The position numbers and the translations under genes were made by a program. A DNA stretch of 63,419 bases, the filler included, from Guillardia theta CCMP2712 (Eukaryota > Protista > Cryptophyta): NCBI RefSeq assembly GCF_000315625.1. It is 8 parts of 8 records of this genome, joined end to end, with 100 filler letters (N's around TTAATTAATTAA, not from the genome) between each part and the next. Parts side by side here need not be neighbours in the genome. Positions count along the whole stretch, not along the records: positions 18,854 to 50,750 come from NW_005434389.1; 7 more parts are not named here. One strand, 5' to 3'. The notes under the pieces are model-generated. The model did no database searches. It saw nothing but the letters and a program-made list of their open reading frames with translations, and was not told the DNA's origin. Shown here piece by piece: positions 29,254 to 39,875 of the stretch. The number at the start of each line of letters is the position of its first letter. The stretch's first letter is position 1.

Positions 29254-29800
29254 ATGTCATCCAAGAGCAACATGCCCCATATTCTATTCGATACTGTAGC
29301 AATTTTGACCGTTCGTAGTAAAATATTGATGTCATCCAAGAGCAACATGCCGCCGCCAAACGTGCCTTGAGGGCCCCCCAAGGTCAAGGCGTCGACACAA
29401 CCCATCGCTCCCCCCCATCCAGCTGTACCATGGACAAGAGCAACATGCCCCATATTCTATGCGATACTGTAGCAATTTTGACCGTTCGTAGTAAAATATT
29501 GATGTCATCCAAGAGCAACATGCCGCCGCCAAACGTGCCTTGAGGGCCCCCCAAGGTCAAGGCGTCGACACAACCCATCGCTCCCCCCCATCCAGCTGTA
29601 CCATGGACAAGAGCAACATGCCCCATATTCTATGCGATACTGTAGCAAATTCGTCGTATATGTAGTTTACCGTTTGTAGTAAAGTATTGATGTCATCCAA
29701 GAGCAACATGCCGCCGCCAACGTGCCTTGAGGGCCCCCCAAGGTCAAGGCGTCGCCACAACCCATCGCTCCCCCCCATCCAGCTGTACCATGGACAAGAG
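29254..29800 (+). repeat. Tandem repeat of ~173-188-bp unit (~3 copies)
   Basis: ATGTCATCCAAGAGCAACATGCCGCCGCC recurs at 29329, 29502 and ~29689. Confidence 0.85.
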
Positions 29801-30481
29801 CCGCGTGCCCAGCACAGCAACGCATCCGTGTCCCCCATACTCAGGTCGGCATCCAGCGGACAGCACAGCAACGCACCCGTGTCCCCCATACTGAGGACGG
29901 CATCCAGCGGACAGCACAGCAACGCATCCGTGTCCCCCATAATCAGGACGCCGTCATACACGCCCCCGTCGGCATCCAGCGGACAGCACAGCAACGCGTC
30001 CGTGTCCCCCATAATCAGGACGCCGTCATACACGCCCCCGTCGGCATCCAGCGGACAGCACAGCAACGCGTCCGTGTCCCCCATAATCAGGACACCGTCA
30101 TACACGCCCCCGTCGGCATCCAGCGGACAGCACAGCAACGCGTCCCCGTCCACATCTATCATGAGGACACCGTCGTCCACCGCATCCCTGACGCGGACGG
30201 TGAGCTTCGACGATCGCACGATAAAGCCCCGCAAGCCGTCCGAATCCTATCACCGGGGCCGTGCCGCCAACAACGAAGCCGAAGAGACGCAGCGCGAGAG
30301 GGAGGCGTGCATGGCGATGATGAGGGAGCTGTGTGAGTGCAACAAATCCCTCCGCCGGAAGATCGACACCATCGAGCGAAATTGCCAGAGCGCCAACCAA
30401 GCCATCAACGACATCTACCACAGGATCGATTACGGAACCAACGTGGATGGCGGTAACAGGAAACACTGCTCGACTCAGTGA
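29687..30481 (+). CDS. Ser/Pro-rich repeat protein with C-terminal coiled coil
   Basis: 264-aa ORF with 21-aa repeats SASSGQHSNASVSPIIRTPSY and a helical C-terminus. Confidence 0.55.
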   Translation: MMSSKSNMPPPTCLEGPPRSRRRHNPSLPPIQLYHGQEPRAQHSNASVSPILRSASSGQHSNAPVSPILRTASSGQHSNASVSPIIRTPSYTPPSASSGQHSNASVSPIIRTPSYTPPSASSGQHSNASVSPIIRTPSYTPPSASSGQHSNASPSTSIMRTPSSTASLTRTVSFDDRTIKPRKPSESYHRGRAANNEAEETQREREACMAMMRELCECNKSLRRKIDTIERNCQSANQAINDIYHRIDYGTNVDGGNRKHCSTQ

Positions 30482-30533
30482 GGGATGCAAGGAGTGGCAC
30501 CTGCCATCGCCTGCCATGAGACCCAGAGAAAAA

Positions 30534-31301
30534 CTAGGCCTGGGATACAATCCCATCGCTTTTCATCCTCCTGACCACGCGGGGTGTCATGCGTGAAGCG
30601 ATATCTCTCCCACCGATCAAAGTATGCGCGTTCCCGGGCGTGTAGTAGTTTCTCAGCCGGTTGGTCATGCCGTCCTTCTTCTCCGTCCTGTACACTTGGT
30701 CGTGGAGAACATCGATCCTTGTGGCCCGTTGACTCTGGATGGATTCGAGCTCGGAGATTTGTTCTTCAAGGGTGGCGATGGTCTTCCTGAGCGTTTGATT
30801 GAGCCTCTTGCAGGAGACGATTTCATCCCTGAGTCGGCGATTTTGTTCCTTCATGGATCTGTTCTTGGCGATGAGGTGAGTGTTCTCGCCCTTGATATGC
30901 GAGTCCTTGCTCTTGAGCTTGTCGTCGTCGAGGATGAGCCTGTCGTAACCTGATTGTATTGAGGAGAGCCTTTCTTGGAGGGTTTCGTGTTCACGCTGCA
31001 GTGCGACGTAATCCTCTTGATGCGATTTCAGGGACTCGTTCTCGGCGAGGGGTTGCTGGTTCCTCTCGAGGAGCTGCTGGTGCCTCTCAAGCAGGGCCTC
31101 GTTCCTCTGGGTGAGCTCCCTGTGTTCCTTCAACTTCTCAGAGCCCTTGCGCATGAGCAGCTGCCCGCTGTCCCCCGTGGGCTGGCTCTTGTACGCCCCC
31201 CCCGCCGCCAAGGCGAGCGGCTGGATGTATCGGGTGTATCTCGGGGGAACATAGAAGGACTGGGTGAGGTAGAGGCCGGCGCCGAGGCCTGCTCCCAGCA
31301 T
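30534..31301 (-). CDS. Cargo coiled-coil protein with hydrophobic N-terminus
   Basis: 255-aa ATG-initiated ORF with long heptad stretches. Confidence 0.7.
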   Translation of the reverse strand: MLGAGLGAGLYLTQSFYVPPRYTRYIQPLALAAGGAYKSQPTGDSGQLLMRKGSEKLKEHRELTQRNEALLERHQQLLERNQQPLAENESLKSHQEDYVALQREHETLQERLSSIQSGYDRLILDDDKLKSKDSHIKGENTHLIAKNRSMKEQNRRLRDEIVSCKRLNQTLRKTIATLEEQISELESIQSQRATRIDVLHDQVYRTEKKDGMTNRLRNYYTPGNAHTLIGGRDIASRMTPRVVRRMKSDGIVSQA

Positions 31302-31354
31302 GGTGTCTGAGAAATTAGGGGTTTTTACTTATACTCGCAGGGCCCTCATCCTAA

Positions 31355-32465
31355 CTAATCCTCATCATCATCATCCTCATCCGCGTCCATCGGGCACGCA
31401 TCCCCCGCGTACTGCCCAGTGTTCACCCTGTCGATCACAGTCTCCACACCCAGGCCGTTCACAGCGAGGCCGGGATCATGCCCCAGGGGCAGAGGGAGCC
31501 CAATGTCAAGTTGGAACAGGATGTCGCACTCAAACCTGGTGACCAGCTCATCCCGCGGATGGTCCAGCATCGATACGCGCTGGCAGATGGACTCCTTCGC
31601 CTCCTCGACGCGCCGCTTCGCGTCCCTGTACACCTGCCCGAACAGCTCGGCCGAGGCTCCGGGCAACTCGCCAGGCGGCCTCATCAGAACGGTGTACTCG
31701 TACCCCTGCTCCTCGTATCCCCTGTACAGGGGTCTCGAGACGATGAAGGGGGACAGGGCCTCGGAGACGATGGCATAGACCTTGTCCTGCATGGGGCGAA
31801 CGGTCAAAAAAACAAAAAAGACGGCAGATCGTGGGGGTTGGGTTGCCTGCATGAGCGTAAAGCAGAAGAGATCCCGCTGGTAAAAATCCTCCATCATCGC
31901 CCTCTCCCCGTGCTGATAGGTGCTCTCCAGGCCGATCTCCTGGAAGGTGTGATTGCACTCCAACAGGCACTCCTTCCAGTCCTGGGACACAGGTCAAAGA
32001 AAAAAACCGTGGTCAACGGATCGCATCACATCGAAGAACCCGACCAGCCGGTATGCAACCCCCTCGTCGGCGACGTTGGCAAAGGCCTTCTCGAGGACAT
32101 TCAGCTGCATCTCAGCAACGAGACAGGCGCAGCTCATGAAAGGCCTCAGGTGGTTCTCGAGCTGGTCACTGAGCTCAACTTCAAGGGCGTTCTCAATCGA
32201 GAAGTGCTGCCAACCATCTTCAGCCCCAGACACCGCTCAAAACATGAGGAGCAACCTTCATATGCCCAAGCAGCTCGTCCTTCTTCTCAAACAAGGCCTC
32301 AAAGTCGCCGGGCTCTCGGAAGCCCAATCGCCGCAGGTCTTCGATGACTTCTTCGACCCCGTGCCAGTCGCAACCCCTGATCCTCTCCAACGAGAGCCCG
32401 TTGTCACTCAACACGGTGTGCATCAATGCACCATCAACGACATCCTTCAGGCGCCTTTCGTTCAT
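31355..32465 (-). CDS. Cargo multi-exon hypothetical protein with acidic tail
   Basis: Three adjacent minus-strand ORFs linked by short T-rich intron-like stretches ending in AG. Ends DADEDDDDED. Confidence 0.55.
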
Positions 32466-33031
32466 CTCGGCTAAACCAAACCCCTCACGAGGCCTCTTTA
32501 TTGGTGAGATCAAAGTTTACCACAGGGGTTTTACTACACACCCTTGGCCGCGTTAACCGATAACCATATCCTGCGACAACGGGCCTTGAAGTACCCCCGT
32601 TCGCACTGTGGCCACCCCAATCTCGGGTAACTAAGTATTTTTTTTTTGAAGCGCAAGTGCACGTGCGCTTGGTGCAAAACAAAAAAAAAGAAGGGGTTGT
32701 TCCCGTTTTTTTTTCTGAGCGCCAGCACGTGCGCTTGGTGCAAAACAAAAAAAAAAGAAGGGGTTGTTCCCGGTGGTACAAAAGTCTCATGCTAGGAAAC
32801 CCCATGGTGGGTACCACAACCCACCCCCCCACATTGCACCGCAGGAGGCGCATCGAACCACCCGTACCCAGGAAGTTCATGGCTGAGATCGCATAGCACC
32901 GGTCCTTCAACACCAAAAGATCTCGAACAATCACCCCCCAACGAGACCACAAAATAACCCCACCCCCATAAAAAAAAAGAAAACAGCCCACAGCATAAAA
33001 TCACCCAAAACCCCCCCGTTCTCCCCCCACG

Positions 33032-33826
33032 ATGCTCCCCAAGAGCTTGATCGGAGTCGCAGGACTCGCCGCCCTCGAGGAGGGCACCATACACTCGGCC
33101 CCATTGCTCCGCGGCATCAAGAAGAAACAGTGGACATTCCCAAACTCAAGGGCTCGCGCATACCGCCTGCCCTCCGGCGCATCCGTCATCGCCCTCGAGT
33201 TCAACCCCACTCCCTTGGACTTCTCCCTCGCGACCGTCAGACAGGTAAAAAAACTCCGCATCCCCAGGCAACAAATCGCTGACACAGGCCAAAACAGGAC
33301 CCCACGCAGGAGCCCAAGCCACCAGAGATCCTCGCAAACGCGCCCCAGGACGCAAAGGCATTGCAGGCGCCCATCCGAGAGCTCATCGCGATCCTCCCCA
33401 CAAAGGCATTCAAGGACCTCCTCCGATACATGGGCACGCTCGACAGGGACCAGACACTCATCCTCACGGGATGGGAGTTCGCAGCAGTCCTCGCACAGCT
33501 CCTCGCTCTCTTCGTCCCCAGGCACCCGGGATTCGAGCTCATCGCCTTCGGGAAACCATGCCCAGGGAACAGGAGTTTCGCCCGCTGGTACAACAGCATG
33601 CTCCCCTTCCAGTTCTCCTTCCACGCACAGGGTGACTCCCTCGGCCAATACTGCAGAGACCTCGTCCCAAGGTCGGACCCCGACTCCCTCTGGGAGGATA
33701 AGCCCCACGTATTCCTCGACAACGCGGAGCAGATCTTCCCCGCCGCAGGCGACGACCTCACCCACCACGACAGGAACTACTACAGGCGATGCTGCTACAG
33801 CCTCCACAGGTGCCACCCAACAAGAA
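33032..33826 (+). CDS. 5' part of lipase-like/TCP11 paralog B, truncated by a gap (duplicate of 35900 onward)
   Basis: Matches 35900-36706. Motifs ILTGWEFAAVLAQL and AFGKPCPGNRSFARWYN. Confidence 0.6.
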
Positions 33827-33926
33827 NNNNNNNNNNNNNNNNNNNNNNNNNNNNNNNNNNNNNNNNNNNNNNNNNNNNNNNNNNNNNNNNNNNNNNNNNN
33901 NNNNNNNNNNNNNNNNNNNNNNNNNN

Positions 33927-36706
33927 TGGTTCCTCTCGAGGAGCTGCTGGTGCCTCTCAAGCAGGGCCTCGTTCCTCTGGGTGAGCTCCCTGTGTTCCTT
34001 CAACTTCTCAGAGCCCTTGCGCATGAGCAGCTGCCCGCTGTCCCCCGTGGGCTGGCTCTTGTACGCCCCCCCCGCCGCCAAGGCGAGCGGCTGGATGTAT
34101 CGGGTGTATCTCGGGGGAACATAGAAGGACTGGGTGAGGTAGAGGCCGGCGCCGAGGCCTGCTCCCAGCATGGTGTCTGAGAAATTAGGGGTTTTTACTT
34201 ATACTCGCAGGGCCCTCATCCTAACTAATCCTCATCATCATCATCCTCATCCGCGTCCATCGGGCACGCATCCCCCGCGTACTGCCCAGTGTTCACCCTG
34301 TCGATCACAGTCTCCACACCCAGGCCGTTCACAGCGAGGCCGGGATCATGCCCCAGGGGCAGAGGGAGCCCAATGTCAAGTTGGAACAGGATGTCGCACT
34401 CAAACCTGGTGACCAGCTCATCCCGCGGATGGTCCAGCATCGATACGCGCTGGCAGATGGACTCCTTCGCCTCCTCGACGCGCCGCTTCGCGTCCCTGTA
34501 CACCTGCCCGAACAGCTCGGCCGAGGCTCCGGGCAACTCGCCAGGCGGCCTCATCAGAACGGTGTACTCGTACCCCTGCTCCTCGTATCCCCTGTACAGG
34601 GGTCTCGAGACGATGAAGGGGGACAGGGCCTCGGAGACGATGGCATAGACCTTGTCCTGCATGGGGCGAACGGTCAAAAAAACAAAAAAGACGGCAGATC
34701 GTGGGGGTTGGGTTGCCTGCATGAGCGTAAAGCAGAAGAGATCCCGCTGGTAAAAATCCTCCATCATCGCCCTCTCCCCGTGCTGATAGGTGCTCTCCAG
34801 GCCGATCTCCTGGAAGGTGTGATTGCACTCCAACAGGCACTCCTTCCAGTCCTGGGACACAGGTCAAAGAAAAAAACCGTGGTCAACGGATCGCATCACA
34901 TCGAAGAACCCGACCAGCCGGTATGCAACCCCCTCGTCGGCGACGTTGGCAAAGGCCTTCTCGAGGACATTCAGCTGCATCTCAGCAACGAGACAGGCGC
35001 AGCTCATGAAAGGCCTCAGGTGGTTCTCGAGCTGGTCACTGAGCTCAACTTCAAGGGCGTTCTCAATCGAGAAGTGCTGCCAACCATCTTCAGCCCCAGA
35101 CACCGCTCAAAACATGAGGAGCAACCTTCATATGCCCAAGCAGCTCGTCCTTCTTCTCAAACAAGGCCTCAAAGTCGCCGGGCTCTCGGAAGCCCAATCG
35201 CCGCAGGTCTTCGATGACTTCTTCGACCCCGTGCCAGTCGCAACCCCTGATCCTCTCCAACGAGAGCCCGTTGTCACTCAACACGGTGTGCATCAATGCA
35301 CCATCAACGACATCCTTCAGGCGCCTTTCGTTCATCTCGGCTAAACCAAACCCCTCACGAGGCCTCTTTATTGGTGAGATCAAAGTTTACCACAGGGGTT
35401 TTACTACACACCCTTGGCCGCGTTAACCGATAACCATATCCTGCGACAACGGGCCTTGAAGTACCCCCGTTCGCACTGTGGCCACCCCAATCTCGGGTAA
35501 CTAAGTATTTTTTTTTTGAAGCGCAAGTGCACGTGCGCTTGGTGCAAAACAAAAAAAAAGAAGGGGTTGTTCCCGTTTTTTTTTCTGAGCGCCAGCACGT
35601 GCGCTTGGTGCAAAACAAAAAAAAAAGAAGGGGTTGTTCCCCGTGGTACAAAAGTCTCATGCTAGGAAACCCCATGGTGGGTACCACAACCCACCCCCCC
35701 ACATTGCACCGCAGGAGGCGCATCGAACCACCCGTACCCNNNNNNNNNNNNNNNNNNNNNNNNNNNNNNNNNNNNNNNNNNNNNNNNNNNNNNNNNNNNN
35801 NNNNNNNNNNNNNNNNNNNNNNNNNNNNNNNNNNNNNNNNNNNNNNNNNNNNNNNNNNNNNNNNNNNNNNNNNNAAAACCCCCCCGTTCTCCCCCCACGA
35901 TGCTCCCCAAGAGCTTGATCGGAGTCGCAGGACTCGCCGCCCTCGAGGAGGGCACCATACACTCGGCCCCATTGCTCCGCGGCATCAAGAAGAAACAGTG
36001 GACATTCCCAAACTCAAGGGCTCGCGCATACCGCCTGCCCTCCGGCGCATCCGTCATCGCCCTCGAGTTCAACCCCACTCCCTTGGACTTCTCCCTCGCG
36101 ACCGTCAGACAGGTAAAAAAACTCCGCATCCCCAGGCAACAAATCGCTGACACAGGCCAAAACAGGACCCCACGCAGGANNNNNNNNNNNNNNNNNNNNN
36201 NNNNNNNNNNNNNNNNNNNNNNNNNNNNNNNNNNNNNNNNNNNNNNNNNNNNNNNNNNNNNNNNNNNNNNNNNNNNNNNACAAAGGCATTCAAGGACCTC
36301 CTCCGATACATGGGCACGCTCGACAGGGACCAGACACTCATCCTCACGGGATGGGAGTTCGCAGCAGTCCTCGCACAGCTCCTCGCTCTCTTCGTCCCCA
36401 GGCACCCGGGATTCGAGCTCATCGCCTTCGGGAAACCATGCCCAGGGAACAGGAGTTTCGCCCGCTGGTACAACAGCATGCTCCCCTTCCAGTTCTCCTT
36501 CCACGCACAGGGTGACTCCCTCGGCCAATACTGCAGAGACCTCGTCCCAAGGTCGGACCCCGACTCCCTCTGGGAGGATAAGCCCCACGTATTCCTCGAC
36601 AACGCGGAGCAGATCTTCCCCGCCGCAGGCGACGACCTCACCCACCACGACAGGAACTACTACAGGCGATGCTGCTACAGCCTCCACAGGTGCCACCCAA
36701 CAAGAA
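33927..36706. repeat. Near-identical direct duplicate of ~31068-33826 (offset ~2870 bp)
   Basis: Identical ORFs at offset 2870 (31300/34170, 31355/34225). One visible SNP (32772 vs 35642). The junction is an N-gap. Confidence 0.9.
34225..35335 (-). CDS. Duplicate copy of the 31355-32465 gene
   Basis: Identical translation. Confidence 0.5.
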
Positions 36707-39244
36707 ATCCCAAAAAACAACACTCACGCGAGAGCGCGCAGGTGCAGGAGCACAGTCCCCCCCCGCGAGCCCTCCCTCCTCAAGCGCTCGGCCTCCAGGA
36801 TCCTCAAGCGATTCTTCCGCGGCGTGGTCGCAGGTAAAAACAAAACAAAACTCGAGGCAGAGAGCTCACCCAATCATTCCCGCAGACAGGGGGCTCATCG
36901 CGAACGCGCGGAGGTTCAAGGCCTCCGGCATCATGGACCCCTCCTCATCGCTCACCGACGACCAGATCGTCACAAGGCTCCGCCAGCAGCCGCTCATCGA
37001 CTGCGCAAGGAGGCTCTTCATCGCGCTCCAATACATCATCAGAGCGGCCCAGGTCAAGTGCGGGCCCGACGCGGCCCAGGTCAAGTGCGAGCCCGACGCG
37101 GCCCAGGTCAAGTGCGGGCCCGACGCGGCCCAGGTCAAGTGCGAGCCCGACGCGGCCCAGGTCAAGTGCGGGCCCGACGCGGCCCAGGTCAAGTGCGGGC
37201 CCGACGCGGCCCAGGTCAAGTGCGAGCCCGACGCGGCCCAGGTCAAGTGCGGGCCCGACGGGGACAGGGCGGCGAAGCGCCCAAGGCAGCACGATCGGCA
37301 GCAGCGGCAGCAGGACCAGGACACCCAGGAGCCGTGGAACATCAGGGTCGTCCTCTCCATCACCCTCATACACCTCAACCCCAACGTCTGCTTCGAATAC
37401 ATCCAGAGGCACCAGACACAGCCCCAGCAGGAGCTCAGGAACTCCGCGGCGGAGGCCTTCCTCGCTCTCCAGGACTTCATCTCCGAGGCAACCGCCCCAG
37501 GTTACATCCTCGACGCGCACGGGCTCCTCCGCCACGCCAGGCTGCCCGCCAAGATCAACGCGTACATCCGCGCGTTCAAGAGGTGGAAGGTCCCCGACGA
37601 GCAGAAGATCACCGCGAGGATACAGCACTCCCTCCTCGGGATATACAGCGCGGAACTCCGCATCCCCAGGGGCCACCCCGACTTCCAGGCGCAGCAGCTC
37701 GAGTTCGCCCTCCAGAAGACCAAGCTCTGGGAGAAATACGCTCAGCTCAACTCCCCAGAGGGCGCACTCCAGCTCCAGGAGTCCCTCCGCAAAGATGGCT
37801 TCGTCGTCGACCTCCAGCAGGACGCGGACATCGTCGCGGGCGCACGGATGACCACCCCCGCAGAGGAGGCGACCATCCGCCCGCCAAGGCTCACCGACAC
37901 CCAGATGTCCAACGAGCAGATCGCATACGAGCTCTTCCTCGACCCCGCATTCAAGATCCCGGACTCCCACGACCCAAACGCAAGGGACGTGCACTCCACG
38001 GTCAGGGTCGCCTTCAGAAACGCCTTCTGGGAAAGCCTCGCCGTCGACCTCCAAATGAACCCCCCGGTCTACGCAAGAGTCGTGAACGTCTTCGCGGAGA
38101 TCGTCCAAGGCTACCTCGAGATCCGCCCTTCCGACACGGCCCTCGTCCGCCAGAACGTCAACCTCCCATACATAACAGCACAGATCGAGGCCGCCACATT
38201 CCAGTGGCAGGACATCATCGCATACCTCCAGTTCATATTCTCAAACCTCCTCAAGATCGAGCCGACCGTCCTCCGACAGGAGGGGTCGCAGTGGCAGGAC
38301 ATCGTGCACGGCTTCGGGGGCTCCCAGGCTCGGGATCAGCCAGGGATCGCCACAAGGGCACTCAGGCTCATGCTCGACTCCCTCCAGAAGCTCAGGCTCC
38401 ACATCGCAAACTCCAGGCTCTCGAGGATCGCCCACGTCATCGCCGCCCACGGGGTCGAGTACCTCAAGGCACACCACAAGAAGTTCGCCGCCGCAAACCC
38501 CGAGAGGATCGCACAGGACAGGGCCTGGCTCCTATCCGCCGCAAGCAGGCTGCCCGCCATCGACACCCAGGCGCTCAGGGATGGCTCCCCGCAGCATTCT
38601 CCGCCGTGCTCAACCACGCAATACTCTCCGTCGTCGCCTCCGACCAGCACCTCGTGCAGGGCTCCATCCCGGCAATCCTCAGGCTCGACCTCAACAGGAT
38701 CAGGACCTTCCAGCTACACTTCCTCATGGACAGGATCGCAGTCGCAGCGGTCGCGCTCGCGGACTTCAAGCTCTCCAGGGCAAGGGATGTCTCCCCCCAG
38801 CAGAGATCCCAGGCGGTCATCGCCGTCGCCGACACCCTCAACACACTCGACATCGCCCAGAGGATCGACATACACTCCGTGTGGATCATCACCCTCCAGG
38901 CCCTCCTCCCAACCGTCCTCCAACACCTCCAGAACACCCTCCCAAAAAACGCCATCCAGCTGCTCCAAGACCCCCAGGAACCGGGCTCCCTCGAGGCGTT
39001 CTTCCAGATCCCAGAGGCATTCTGGAACGTGACACAGGACGCCGTATACAACAGGTGGCTCGAGATCATCGCCCACGAGAAGAAGCCCCCAGCCGTCATC
39101 CCCGCTGCCCTCAAGATGCCAACAAGGCCGGTTTACCCCCGCATACTCCGCAACGCCCGCGCACTGTGGAGCGTCGTCGACGCAAAGCGCAAGATACACG
39201 CATCGGACGTCAACGAAGCGCTCGCAAACGCATCCCCGCAGTGA
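35900..39244 (+). CDS. Cargo lipase-3-like + TCP11-domain fusion, paralog B (3 short introns, 1 apparent frameshift)
   Basis: Introns ~36113-36165, 36690-36741 and 36834-36885 join the frames. TCP11-like motifs [24 protein letters not shown] and IAAHGVEYLK. Frameshift in a C-run at ~38590. AATAAA at ~39272. Confidence 0.78.
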   Translation: MLPKSLIGVAGLAALEEGTIHSAPLLRGIKKKQWTFPNSRARAYRLPSGASVIALEFNPTPLDFSLATVRQVKKLRIPRQQIADTGQNRTPRRXXXXXXXXXXXXXXXXXXXXXXXXXXXXXXXXXXQRHSRTSSDTWARSTGTRHSSSRDGSSQQSSHSSSLSSSPGTRDSSSSPSGNHAQGTGVSPAGTTACSPSSSPSTHRVTPSANTAETSSQGRTPTPSGRISPTYSSTTRSRSSPPQATTSPTTTGTTTGDAATASTGATQQEIPKNNTHARARRCRSTVPPREPSLLKRSASRILKRFFRGVVAGKNKTKLEAESSPNHSRRQGAHRERAEVQGLRHHGPLLIAHRRPDRHKAPPAAAHRLRKEALHRAPIHHQSGPGQVRARRGPGQVRARRGPGQVRARRGPGQVRARRGPGQVRARRGPGQVRARRGPGQVRARRGPGQVRARRGQGGEAPKAARSAAAAAGPGHPGAVEHQGRPLHHPHTPQPQRLLRIHPEAPDTAPAGAQELRGGGLPRSPGLHLRGNRPRLHPRRARAPPPRQAARQDQRVHPRVQEVEGPRRAEDHREDTALPPRDIQRGTPHPQGPPRLPGAAARVRPPEDQALGEIRSAQLPRGRTPAPGVPPQRWLRRRPPAGRGHRRGRTDDHPRRGGDHPPAKAHRHPDVQRADRIRALPRPRIQDPGLPRPKRKGRALHGQGRLQKRLLGKPRRRPPNEPPGLRKSRERLRGDRPRLPRDPPFRHGPRPPERQPPIHNSTDRGRHIPVAGHHRIPPVHILKPPQDRADRPPTGGVAVAGHRARLRGLPGSGSARDRHKGTQAHARLPPEAQAPHRKLQALEDRPRHRRPRGRVPQGTPQEVRRRKPREDRTGQGLAPIRRKQAARHRHPGAQGWLPAAFSAVLNHAILSVVASDQHLVQGSIPAILRLDLNRIRTFQLHFLMDRIAVAAVALADFKLSRARDVSPQQRSQAVIAVADTLNTLDIAQRIDIHSVWIITLQALLPTVLQHLQNTLPKNAIQLLQDPQEPGSLEAFFQIPEAFWNVTQDAVYNRWLEIIAHEKKPPAVIPAALKMPTRPVYPRILRNARALWSVVDAKRKIHASDVNEALANASPQ
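37044..37260 (+). repeat. 27-bp coding minisatellite x8 (AAQVKC[G/E]PD)
   Basis: GCGGCCCAGGTCAAGTGCG(G/A)GCCCGAC repeated in frame. Confidence 0.95.
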
Positions 39245-39303
39245 AAAGAGAGGCAATCTCGACTATATAACAATAAAAAATTCGTTTACTAGAATCAAAA
39301 AAG

Positions 39304-39543
39304 TCAAATCTTTCTCTTCTTCTCGCTCTGCTTTTCCAAGCACTCGTCACCCTCTTCTTCTCTCTCCCCTCCTTCCATGTCAACCTTTACCTCGTCGTTG
39401 TGCTGCGCAAGGCATATCTTCAACATTTGTTGGATGAGCTGGACCTGATACGTGATGTTCTCCGTATCAACGCAACACTTCAGCCCTTCCCAAAACTCTT
39501 CGTCGTTTTGAAGATCACTGAGCGTGTAGAACCTTTCGGACAT
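39304..39543 (-). CDS. Small acidic cargo protein with basic C-terminus
   Basis: MSERFYTLSDLQNDEEFWEGLK...EKKRKI, convergent with paralog B. Confidence 0.5.
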   Translation of the reverse strand: MSERFYTLSDLQNDEEFWEGLKCCVDTENITYQVQLIQQMLKICLAQHNDEVKVDMEGGEREEEGDECLEKQSEKKRKI

Positions 39544-39875
39544 GTCGGGCGGTAACAAACTTGACCCAAGTTTGGGGCTCGCTTTTCTTTGAAAAAACGC
39601 AAGCACGTTTTTTTTTTCAATTCTTGAAAAAAATGACTTCAAACGGGGCCTTTTGTCGTATAAAGGTTAAAAAAAAAGAATTGCACCAAACGCACGTGCT
39701 TGCGAAAAAAAAAGAATTGCACCAAACGCACAACGCAAGCACAAATCTGTCTGAAACAGAATGGGGGGTGGGGTGGGTCTATTGTTGGTACAAAACCTGG
39801 GGCGGGGGCTAGATGACCACCCCCTATTCTTAAGTACCCCACCTGTGGTTCACGGCGGTTCGTGCTTCCATCGCC

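Noticed and set aside
35900-39244. 1114-aa single ORF as listed in the track
   Set aside because: It reads through Ns and is mostly off-frame. The real protein switches frames through introns and one frameshift.
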